DNA of 32,000 nucleotides from the NCBI RefSeq assembly GCF_004341035.1, contig NZ_SLXK01000047.1:1210-33209 (forward strand). The letters run 5' to 3'. The notes beneath the pieces were generated by a model. The model saw only the letters and a list, made by a program, of their open reading frames with translations, did not search any database and was not told the origin of the DNA. The position numbers and the translations under genes are program-made. This document shows positions 16,447-24,146 of this stretch, one piece after another; position 1 is the first letter of the stretch, and every line of letters begins with the position of its first letter. This stretch comes from Scopulibacillus darangshiensis. GTDB taxonomy: Bacteria > Bacillota > Bacilli > Bacillales > Sporolactobacillaceae.

Positions 16447-16739
16447 TACGGGTCTATTTTTTATGATCAAAACCGACGCTGGCCCCTTTGACGGGTACGT
16501 CTTATTGCTGACCTTGGGTGTACCAGCACCCTTGGTCTCCGCTCCTAGATGGATTGGAAAAGGCAACGCCGACCCCCATGAATTGTCCGTCTATTGCATA
16601 AACTCACTCCAACCCTAATTTTCCCTTTATAAATTCCCCGCTTTTTATCACTCAAATCCATATCTGCCCATACCAACTGTACATCCCGACCATAAGATAT
16701 TTATGTAACCTTTTTATCCTTATCAGAGGAGGGATATCC

Positions 16740-17216
16740 GTGGATAAGAATGATAAAAACCGGCCGAAAAAGAAATCTATGCCAATGGGGAACAATATTA
16801 TGAGGCAGATCGATGACTTTTTCGCCAGTGAACCTTATCGGGGGATTCTTGATTCCATTGATTCCTTTTTTCAGCAGGGTCCCGGGTTTCAACCCCACTT
16901 CCCCGTAGATCTATATGAAACAGCTGATGATTGGGTCGTTAAAGCGGATCTTCCGGGTGTGGATCGGGAAAATATTCACATTGAAACGATGGGAGACAGA
17001 CTGAAAATAGCTGTCGTCAACGACGAATTAACCGAAGAAAGCCATGATGTCCACAACTATTACCATCGGGAAAGACGGATGCAAAAAAGAGAGCGGGTCG
17101 TCGCCTTGCCTTATAGCATCTACAAACAGCGCACGAAGGCAAAGTTCCACAATGGCATCCTAGAAATCCGTGGACCAAAGTATCCTAAAACGAAAAATAC
17201 ATTGGATATTGAGTAA
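16740..17216 (+). CDS. Hsp20/alpha-crystallin family small heat-shock or coat-like protein
   Basis: GTG start with SD GAGGAGGG. Alpha-crystallin core PVDLYETADDWVVKADLPGV...IHIE...FHNGILEI. Confidence 0.85.
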   Translation: MDKNDKNRPKKKSMPMGNNIMRQIDDFFASEPYRGILDSIDSFFQQGPGFQPHFPVDLYETADDWVVKADLPGVDRENIHIETMGDRLKIAVVNDELTEESHDVHNYYHRERRMQKRERVVALPYSIYKQRTKAKFHNGILEIRGPKYPKTKNTLDIE

Positions 17217-17227
17217 AGAAACTCATA

Positions 17228-17256
17228 AACCGCCCCGAGCCATTCGGGACGGATTT
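17228..17256. terminator. Bidirectional hairpin between the convergent Hsp20 gene and the small ORF
   Basis: CCGCCCCGA-gccat-TCGGGACGG with one mismatch. T-runs are weak. Confidence 0.5.
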
Positions 17257-17262
17257 ATGATT

Positions 17263-17460
17263 TCAACAGAGTAAATAGGCATTTTGCTTTGCAAAAACTT
17301 CACCTAGTGCACGAAGCAATTCCGGGACATCCAAACGTTCCATCTTCACTTCTATGAAGACAAGCTTGTCATAATGCCACACATTAATATCATTATATTC
17401 TTGATCAGGCCCGTGAATCGCACGTTCGACTGAGTAATTTAGAAAAAGAGAGAGAACTTT
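17263..17460 (-). CDS. Hypothetical small protein with unresolved start codon
   Basis: A coding-looking C-terminal ~65 aa (LFLNYSVERAIHGPDQEYNDINVWHYDKLVFIEVKMERLDVPELLRALGEVFAKQNAYLLC) is preceded by a strong SD AAGAGGGAG. No ATG, GTG or TTG lies within range of it. Confidence 0.35.
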   Translation of the reverse strand, partial: KVLSLFLNYSVERAIHGPDQEYNDINVWHYDKLVFIEVKMERLDVPELLRALGEVFAKQNAYLLC

Positions 17461-17470
17461 CTCCCTCTTC

Positions 17471-17656
17471 TTAATCCCTATCGTCACCTGGTGCAACGTC
17501 ACCATCGGAAAGCTTGGTAACACGCGTGAAATCGCCTGCCTCAATTTCTTCCTGACTGGCATCGGCACTCAGTTCTTTATCATCATCAATGCCTGGGGCA
17601 ACGGTCGGACCTTCCGCTTCTTTATCACGGTTGCGACGTCTTTTCCATTTGTCCAA
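17471..17656 (-). CDS. Hypothetical 61-aa protein with a basic N-terminus and acidic body
   Basis: TTG start 6 nt after GAGGTG. The sequence reads MDKWKRRRNRDKEAEGP...DGDVAPGDDRD. The longer 112-aa ORF-track version overlaps the upstream oxidoreductase gene and lacks an SD. Confidence 0.35.
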   Translation of the reverse strand: MDKWKRRRNRDKEAEGPTVAPGIDDDKELSADASQEEIEAGDFTRVTKLSDGDVAPGDDRD

Positions 17657-17726
17657 TGTTTTCACCTCGGAAAGATATTTAATCCTATCTTTCCCGGAAA
17701 GCCTGCAATTATGACGAATCTGCCCA

Positions 17727-18710
17727 TTAGCTGCTCTCCTCCTCGTTTTCTTTGCTTTCCTTATGTTCTTCATCTTCCTTAATCTTAATGACGATTTTCC
17801 CCTTGACATGGCCAGTCTCGCTTAATTCGTGCGCCTCTCTTAAACCATCCTGACCAAAGTCAAAGACCTTGGCAATCTGCGGCTTTAATTCACCGTTTGC
17901 CATTAGCTCTGCAAGCTTTTCCAGCTGTTCGCCGTTTGGCTCAAGCCAAACGAAGCCGGCTTTGACATCATGTTTTCGGGCTTTACCCTCGTCAGGCGGC
18001 TGAACGATCGATACAAGCACACCGCCTTTTCTAAGAACCCGAAAACTTCTTTCCTGAACCTTGCCGCCAATTGTGTCCAGGACAATATCTACATCTTCAA
18101 GCTCCTCATCGAAGTCTGATGATTGGTAATTTATAAATTGATCGACACCTAATTGTTGGGCAATTTCGGCACTGTTGCTGCCTCCTGTCGCGATAACCTG
18201 CGCTCCAAAGTGCTTTGCGATTTGAATTGCCATACTGCCGACACCGCCTGCTCCGGCATGGATCAGAACCCTGTCACCCTCTTCAATATGGGCAAAGTCA
18301 ACTAAGCATTGCCATGCTGTCAAACCTGCCAATGGCACAGCTGCCGCCTTGATGAACGCCGTTTCTTTCGGCATTTTTGCCACAAGACTTTCATCCGCCG
18401 TCACATACTGAGCATACGTCCCTCGTTCCGTTGTCGCCGGCCTTGCAAACACTCTGTCCCCCACCTCAAACTTTTCTACCTTAGTCCCAACTTTACTTAC
18501 GACTCCCGCTGCATCCCAGCCAAGGATAATTGGAAATTTAAATGGCAGCCTTCCTTGCAAATAGCCTTCTCTCACCTTCCAGTCAATCGGATTAATCGAT
18601 GTCGCATATAATTCGATCTGCACTTCTTTTGCCTTTGGAATCGCCTTTGGGAATTCTATTTCTCTCAAACGGCCTTTATCCCCGTATTCATTAATCACGA
18701 TGGCTTTCAT
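17727..18710 (-). CDS. Zinc-type/MDR NADPH:quinone oxidoreductase
   Basis: 327 aa. MDR fold with GAGGVGSMAIQIAK cofactor motif. SD AAGGAGGAAG lies upstream. It has an unusual acidic C-terminal tail. Confidence 0.85.
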   Translation of the reverse strand: MKAIVINEYGDKGRLREIEFPKAIPKAKEVQIELYATSINPIDWKVREGYLQGRLPFKFPIILGWDAAGVVSKVGTKVEKFEVGDRVFARPATTERGTYAQYVTADESLVAKMPKETAFIKAAAVPLAGLTAWQCLVDFAHIEEGDRVLIHAGAGGVGSMAIQIAKHFGAQVIATGGSNSAEIAQQLGVDQFINYQSSDFDEELEDVDIVLDTIGGKVQERSFRVLRKGGVLVSIVQPPDEGKARKHDVKAGFVWLEPNGEQLEKLAELMANGELKPQIAKVFDFGQDGLREAHELSETGHVKGKIVIKIKEDEEHKESKENEEESS

Positions 18711-18945
18711 TAGACTTCCTCCTTGATAAAATCGGCATGATCCGAGGATTATAGTCCCCCAAAAAGGACAAAAGCATCCGTCATGACAGGGATGTTCTCA
18801 TATTCTATGACATGCCATACATAGACTTAACGATAGGGAAAACAAGGGTTAGGTCATCGATTTTACGGGTATAGGTGTCATAACATGTTTTATAAACCTT
18901 TTGTTTCAACCCCTTAAAAAAGGAGAAACTAGGAGTGATTTGGAC

Positions 18946-20172
18946 ATGACGGAAATGAATCAAGAAAAATCGGCTAGAGTTGCACTTATAGGATGGAGTT
19001 TAGAAGCAATCGAAGCTGTTGATAGAATGGATCGTCCCTTTGTTGTGGTTGGCCCGCCGGATTTCGAAACTTATGCATTGGAGCATGGCATCGATTTCGT
19101 GAGTTGGGAGTTCGATCGAATTAATGAAAAATCAGGTGAATTATATGATACATTGAACGAATTAGGTGTCGAAGTCGCCGTTCCGCTTTATGAGGAAACA
19201 GTTGAATGGGCCGGTGCTCTTAATTCCCGTTTCCAAGATGACATGCGCGTCTTTAACCGCTCCATGTTATTTAGGGATAAAGGATTAATGAAACGGAAAG
19301 CGCAAATGTCCGGCATCCACGTCGGAGTTTTTGAAGAAGCCCGCTCCAAGGAAGATGTTATCCGGTTTTTGAAGCGAGTTAACACGGCTTTATTAAAGCT
19401 TGAGGGTGATCCAAATGATCCCATTCATTTAAAACCTTTTGATGCGGCCGGCTCAGTCGGACACAGGGTCATTCAAACAGCGGAGGATGTTGATGCACTC
19501 TCAGATAACGAATTTCCTTGTTTATTAGAGAGCCATCTTGATGGACAAGAGTTTTCCTGTGAAGCTTTCATTCACGACGGTAAGATCTACTTTCTGAACA
19601 TTACGGAATATGTCCATCTTGGCCACTCTAATTTCGTCCCTGCCTCCCCCGCTCTTGAGGAAAAGCGGCCTTTAATTAAAGCGGCGATACAAGATCTGGT
19701 TGATTCGTTCCAAATTAGGTACGGTGTCATTCATCCCGAATATTTTATCACCTCTGACAATAAGCTCCATTTTGGTGAAGTGGCAGCAAGAGTGCCAGGA
19801 GGGCATATTTTTCAACTTATTGAACGCGCTTACGGTTTCAGCCCGTATCAAGCCCAGGTTTTGTGCAGTGACCCGAAGACGACAGAGGACGAGCTGCTAA
19901 GGTTTTTCCCAAGTGATAAAGATGCTGTTGGATATGCCGGCAGCTTAATGGTTTATCCAAAAATGAAATTTATCGAGCGTTTAAACCTGCCGGATGAACT
20001 TGAATCTCACCCTTATTTTGAGAAACATGACATGTTTACACCTGAAACAAGTAAAGTGGCTGACCGGGTCGGCTTTGGCAACCACTATGGCACTGTATTC
20101 TTTTTCGGAGAAGACAGTCACACAATGACTGATTTATTAACAAAATATGAAGAGCACGATTTTTATTTATAA
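18946..20172 (+). CDS. ATP-grasp domain carboxylate-amine ligase, substrate unknown
   Basis: Start moved to MTEMNQ (SD AGGAGTG 8 nt upstream). ATP-grasp blocks: FRDKGLMKRK, IHLKPFDAAGSVG, LLESHLDGQEFSCEAF, HPEYFIT...FGEVAARVPGG. Confidence 0.8.
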   Translation: MTEMNQEKSARVALIGWSLEAIEAVDRMDRPFVVVGPPDFETYALEHGIDFVSWEFDRINEKSGELYDTLNELGVEVAVPLYEETVEWAGALNSRFQDDMRVFNRSMLFRDKGLMKRKAQMSGIHVGVFEEARSKEDVIRFLKRVNTALLKLEGDPNDPIHLKPFDAAGSVGHRVIQTAEDVDALSDNEFPCLLESHLDGQEFSCEAFIHDGKIYFLNITEYVHLGHSNFVPASPALEEKRPLIKAAIQDLVDSFQIRYGVIHPEYFITSDNKLHFGEVAARVPGGHIFQLIERAYGFSPYQAQVLCSDPKTTEDELLRFFPSDKDAVGYAGSLMVYPKMKFIERLNLPDELESHPYFEKHDMFTPETSKVADRVGFGNHYGTVFFFGEDSHTMTDLLTKYEEHDFYL

Positions 20173-20239
20173 CCCTGTCCACTAAAAGTCAGCCGGGTTT
20201 CTATAAGAAGCTGCATTAATTTAAAAGGAGAATGTTGAA

Positions 20240-22210
20240 ATGTCGAATCTTACTGCAAAAACCTTTGATGATTTTTCTAAAGCTTTCGACACATTGGAGA
20301 ATGCCAAATCCTTTGCAAAGACACTGCATCGCAATGAGGTGCTGCAGCTTGCAAGGCGTATGATGCAGGATAAAAAAGGCATTGAGCATCTTTATGGTTT
20401 TGCTGATCAATTTGAAGAAGCCGGTCTGTTCACAGATACCCCTTGGGAGCAGCCTTCCAAACTGCAGCCTATACTTGTGGCCGGTACGTTGAAAGCCACG
20501 GGAAACACCGCTTTGCTGGAGGTATTAAGCGAGTTACGAATGTTAGCAATAGCTAAAGGGAGATATGAGAACAGTCAGGTCACGTCTAAAGACGCTTCCT
20601 ATTTCTTGAATGAGGTTATGGCTCATAACATTAATCTGTTGTTTCCAGATACATCTGAGTCTTCAAGGATAGAAGCCGGACCTGAAACAGAGCGCGCCAA
20701 TATCCTTTTTCAATTTTTAGCAGACCATCTCTCCTTAAATGCAATTCTCCATAGCTTACTTTCCGAAATCGACAGGCTGGCTCTGCAGCGCCCGATTATG
20801 GTCAATCGCATTACCAAGATGATTCTAACCGCAAAAGAAGCAGTCACAAAAACAACAACAAAAGCGGACCGGGAAAAATTAAAAAAGTATGAAACAGCCA
20901 TTTCTGGCCCTACGCCGATCAGTAAAAAGGTACTAAACAGCGTGGGTTATGAAAATTTAATTAAAACGGCCGGCCAGAATGAACTTTATCGTGAAGCGGA
21001 GCTTTTTAGTGAATCGATGACAAAGACAGGTCTCGTTTGTCCTTATCATGCTGATTTCCTTCGTTACATCAATAAAGCAAAACCTGAGCTGGTCGGAACG
21101 GCCTTGTGTCTTAGTGACAAAGGAAAAGCCAATTTTGAAGAGCACGTTGCTCTCATTCAAAAAATGATCGATATCGCTGTCTTTCCTGCCACATGCCAAT
21201 CCATTTATGGGTTATCCTTGTTGCTTAATCGCGGTGTGTTGTCATCCCTGCCTGTGGCACCGGGCCTGCGCCGCCTGATTGATCTTGACATCCATCCTGA
21301 GGTTGGGAAAACCCTCGAGTCCCAAGGGGTGACACCTAACGGGGTAATGGTCGCCGGTACAATCAGCGTATTAGGGCAGCCTTTAGGAATCGGTCAAGGG
21401 ATGAATCCGACTTGCCAATCAGCCAGAGGCATTAGCCTTTGGGCCCAGCATGCACCAGGCAAACTTTTGGAGCTTATAGCTAAAGCGGCAAGAGACCGGG
21501 AAATTGAGATGCCCCTTGAAGGGTCAGCGATTAATTCGAAATCTTTGGCTGGGGGTTTGGCCCCTGATTTGAATAAAGAATTGGATCCAATTTCATTAAT
21601 CCTTGTCCCGCATTTGGATCGGATTTATGATGAGATGATGAAGCGGATGGTCTTTCGCGGTGAGGACGGCCATAAGTGGGTCAATCCGGCAATCTATGGC
21701 CGTTGGGTTTCAGACGGCTTTACTGCTGTGACTGATCCATACACAAGTGTTATTTCAGATTATGAAGGCTTTGTCCGCCGCTTTTATGCTACACACCACC
21801 CTGACTATAATGGCGGTCATGAATTGATTTATCCAAATCCGGTGGGTATTTTCATCACTAACGTTCATGCCAATCTGCTTGGGCTCCATGCCATCTCTAT
21901 ACAGAGGATCAAGGCTGACCCGAGCGGTGTTATGAGGGTTTATTTTTACAATCCGAATAACGATGGCGGGCAAAATTGGGGGCAGAATATCATTTGTTCA
22001 ATTTTTGGAAATGGCGAAGAAGAGGGCGAATCTTCACTTCCCTTTCATGAATTTGTCTCCCGAATGTATGCTTTTCATTATGATCCTTTTGAAATTGGGG
22101 AAACACAAGCCGTTAATGATGATGTGATAAAAAAAATTGAAACACTCGCCCGTGATAGCTGGGGAAAAAATTATGTCTGGGCCGCACAGCCCGGAGCAAA
22201 TATGTATTAA
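20240..22210 (+). CDS. Uncharacterised 656-aa protein: helical N-terminal two thirds plus a C-terminal papain-like Cys/His/Asn candidate domain
   Basis: SD AAAGGAG 9 nt upstream, 67 nt after the ATP-grasp stop with no hairpin between, and a strong terminator after. Candidate catalytic residues are Q386-x5-C392 (GQGMNPTCQSA), H550 (LLGLHAISI) and N571-PNND-GGQNWG. Confidence 0.75.
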   Translation: MSNLTAKTFDDFSKAFDTLENAKSFAKTLHRNEVLQLARRMMQDKKGIEHLYGFADQFEEAGLFTDTPWEQPSKLQPILVAGTLKATGNTALLEVLSELRMLAIAKGRYENSQVTSKDASYFLNEVMAHNINLLFPDTSESSRIEAGPETERANILFQFLADHLSLNAILHSLLSEIDRLALQRPIMVNRITKMILTAKEAVTKTTTKADREKLKKYETAISGPTPISKKVLNSVGYENLIKTAGQNELYREAELFSESMTKTGLVCPYHADFLRYINKAKPELVGTALCLSDKGKANFEEHVALIQKMIDIAVFPATCQSIYGLSLLLNRGVLSSLPVAPGLRRLIDLDIHPEVGKTLESQGVTPNGVMVAGTISVLGQPLGIGQGMNPTCQSARGISLWAQHAPGKLLELIAKAARDREIEMPLEGSAINSKSLAGGLAPDLNKELDPISLILVPHLDRIYDEMMKRMVFRGEDGHKWVNPAIYGRWVSDGFTAVTDPYTSVISDYEGFVRRFYATHHPDYNGGHELIYPNPVGIFITNVHANLLGLHAISIQRIKADPSGVMRVYFYNPNNDGGQNWGQNIICSIFGNGEEEGESSLPFHEFVSRMYAFHYDPFEIGETQAVNDDVIKKIETLARDSWGKNYVWAAQPGANMY

Positions 22211-22215
22211 AGAAA

Positions 22216-22250
22216 AAGGCTGCCGGAAGATTTCGGCAGCCCCTTTTTCT
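22216..22250 (+). terminator. Rho-independent terminator of the ATP-grasp operon
   Basis: GGCTGCCG-N8-CGGCAGCC followed by CCTTTTTCT. Confidence 0.85.
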
Positions 22251-22315
22251 TTACACTTTAAGAATGTTTAAGTTCGCTAAAGCGAAAAAGCGGGATAAAG
22301 TATAAGGGCAACTAA

Positions 22316-22346
22316 GGCTTTCGCCATTATAGCTTGGCGATAAGCC
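22316..22346 (-). terminator. Hairpin downstream of the aldo-keto reductase gene
   Basis: On the minus strand, GGCTT-A-TCGCCA-N8-TGGCGA-AAGCC, an 11-bp stem with one bulge. No clear U-run. Confidence 0.4.
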
Positions 22347-22355
22347 AAGTTTTCT

Positions 22356-23186
22356 TTACTGCCCCATTTTGTCAGGGTCAGGGCCAATCCGTTCATTCGT
22401 ATTCAAAGCATCAATGCGGTCCATATCGCCTTTATCTAATTCGAAATCGAAGACATTGGCATTTTGTCTGATCCGCTCTTCATGAACAGATTTAGGAATT
22501 GTCACAAAATCATGTTGCAGATCCCAGCGCAAAATGATTTGTGCCGGTGTTTTTTGATACTTCTCCGCAAGCGAAGTGATCGCTGGATGATCGAACAGCC
22601 GCCCGCGCATCATCGGACTCCAGGCCTCCATTTGGATGCGGTGATCATAGCAGAATGCCCTGGTATCTTCTTGGGTCAGTCTCGGGTGAAATTCAACCTG
22701 ATTGACAGCCGGCACGAACTCACTGTCAGCAAGGAGTTCGTGCAAATGATGGGGCTTGAAGTTGCTGACGCCAATCGCCCGCACATAACCTTCTTTATAT
22801 AGCTTTTCTAGCGCCCGCCATGTGTCCTTAAATTTCCCGCGGATCGGCCAGTGAATTAAATAAAGGTCAAGATAACTTACACCAAGTTTTTCACGGCTCT
22901 GCTGGAATGCCTTTAATGTTTCGTCATAACCTTGTTCATCATTCCAAACCTTCGTCGTAATAAAAAGCTCGTCACGTGATACATCAGCTGTTCTAATGCC
23001 TTCTCCGACACCTTTTTCATTTTTATAGAAAGATGCGGTATCAATGCTGCGATAACCGGCATGGATCGCTGACCTGACTGCATTTGTCACCTCATTACCG
23101 TCTTCTGCCTTGTAGACACCTAAGCCAAACCTTGGCATTTCGACGCCGTTATTTAACACCACTGTATCCGAAATGCTATTGATCAT
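22356..23186 (-). CDS. Aldo/keto reductase (YvgN/YtbE-type glyoxal reductase)
   Basis: Start moved to MINSISDTV (SD GGGAGGG 6 nt upstream). AKR motifs GYRSIDTA and LDLYLIHWP. Confidence 0.9.
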   Translation of the reverse strand: MINSISDTVVLNNGVEMPRFGLGVYKAEDGNEVTNAVRSAIHAGYRSIDTASFYKNEKGVGEGIRTADVSRDELFITTKVWNDEQGYDETLKAFQQSREKLGVSYLDLYLIHWPIRGKFKDTWRALEKLYKEGYVRAIGVSNFKPHHLHELLADSEFVPAVNQVEFHPRLTQEDTRAFCYDHRIQMEAWSPMMRGRLFDHPAITSLAEKYQKTPAQIILRWDLQHDFVTIPKSVHEERIRQNANVFDFELDKGDMDRIDALNTNERIGPDPDKMGQ

Positions 23187-23407
23187 ATGTATCCCTCCCG
23201 TGAACACTTTAATATTATTCATATTATAACCATAACAAAATCATCCCATGTGGCGTTAGTATTCCGCCCATAGGATGGCTTTGTTTAATCACTTTGATTA
23301 GCCCTTTTCCTGTGGCTCTTGGAACCTTGATGGGTGTGATCCGCAATACAAAGGCACGCCCGATATGATCCGCTTATCAGCCTTTTTGGTCAACCGCCAT
23401 TTGACAT

Positions 23408-23452
23408 TATAAAAATTTACCCCCCATTCCATAAACAGGGATGGGGGGTAAA
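23408..23452 (-). terminator. Rho-independent terminator of ung
   Basis: On the minus strand, TTACCCCCCAT-N13-ATGGGGGGTAA followed by ATTTTTAT. Confidence 0.85.
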
Positions 23453-23453
23453 T

Positions 23454-24146
23454 TCATTTGGCCTCAATTTCGGGCGGTTCAATGGAAAGCTCCCAATTAA
23501 CGGGCTCCCTACCGGCAGATTCAAGGAAAGCATTCGCTTTGGAAAATGGTCTGCTGCCGAAGAAACCGCGGTGAGCAGCAAATGGACTCGGATGCGGCGA
23601 TTTTATAATATAATGGTGATCATTCGTTATCAGCTCCTGCTTATTTTGGGCATGTTTGCCCCACAAAATAAACACAACCGGTGCCTTTCTTTGATTTAAC
23701 GTGCGAATGACTTGATCAGTGAACTGCTCCCAGCCCATGCCCTTATGGGAATTAGCCGCACCTCCTCTGACAGTCAAAACCGTATTTAACAACAGCACGC
23801 CTTCCTTCGCCCATTCAATTAAACAACCGTGCTCCGGATTGGCACAACCCAAATCATCCCGCAGCTCTTTAAAAATATTTTGCAGGGACGGCGGCTGCTT
23901 GACTCCAGGTTGTACCGAAAAGCTAAGGCCATGTGCCTGTCCTGGACCATGGTAAGGATCCTGCCCAAGAATGACCACTTTCGTATTTTCATAGGTTGTA
24001 TAGTGCAATGCATTATACAGATCGTACATATCCGGATATACCGTCTTATTATTGTATTCTTTTTTAAGGAAGTCTCTTAACTTTAAGTAGTAGTCTTTTT
24101 CAAACTCCTGACCCAAATAGGTCGACCAATCATTTTTTAAAATCAT
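23454..24146 (-). CDS. ung: Uracil-DNA glycosylase
   Basis: Start moved to MILKNDW. Family-1 UDG motifs [18 protein letters not shown] and HPSPFAA. Collinear with B. subtilis Ung as remembered. Confidence 0.95.
   Translation of the reverse strand: MILKNDWSTYLGQEFEKDYYLKLRDFLKKEYNNKTVYPDMYDLYNALHYTTYENTKVVILGQDPYHGPGQAHGLSFSVQPGVKQPPSLQNIFKELRDDLGCANPEHGCLIEWAKEGVLLLNTVLTVRGGAANSHKGMGWEQFTDQVIRTLNQRKAPVVFILWGKHAQNKQELITNDHHYIIKSPHPSPFAAHRGFFGSRPFSKANAFLESAGREPVNWELSIEPPEIEAK

Noticed and set aside
16433-16618. 61-aa ORF downstream of the YeeE gene, considered as a possible TusA/YeeD partner.
   Set aside because: It starts inside the YeeE terminator hairpin, has no SD and has no CPxP motif.
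17471-17809. Full 112-aa ORF-track version of the small acidic protein.
   Set aside because: Its 5' third overlaps the 3' end of the quinone oxidoreductase gene in another frame and has no SD. An internal TTG at 17656 preceded by GAGGTG is more plausible, though that call is itself low-confidence.
18711-18945. Looked for a small precursor-peptide gene (graspetide/microviridin-type RiPP scenario) upstream of the ATP-grasp gene, between it and its partner (20173-20239) and downstream of the partner.
   Set aside because: Only very short ORFs without SD sequences occur (for example MTGMFSYSMTCHT and MPYIDLTIGKTRVRSSILRV). There is no Thr/Ser/Asp/Glu/Lys-rich core motif, and the 67-nt intergenic gap holds no ORF.
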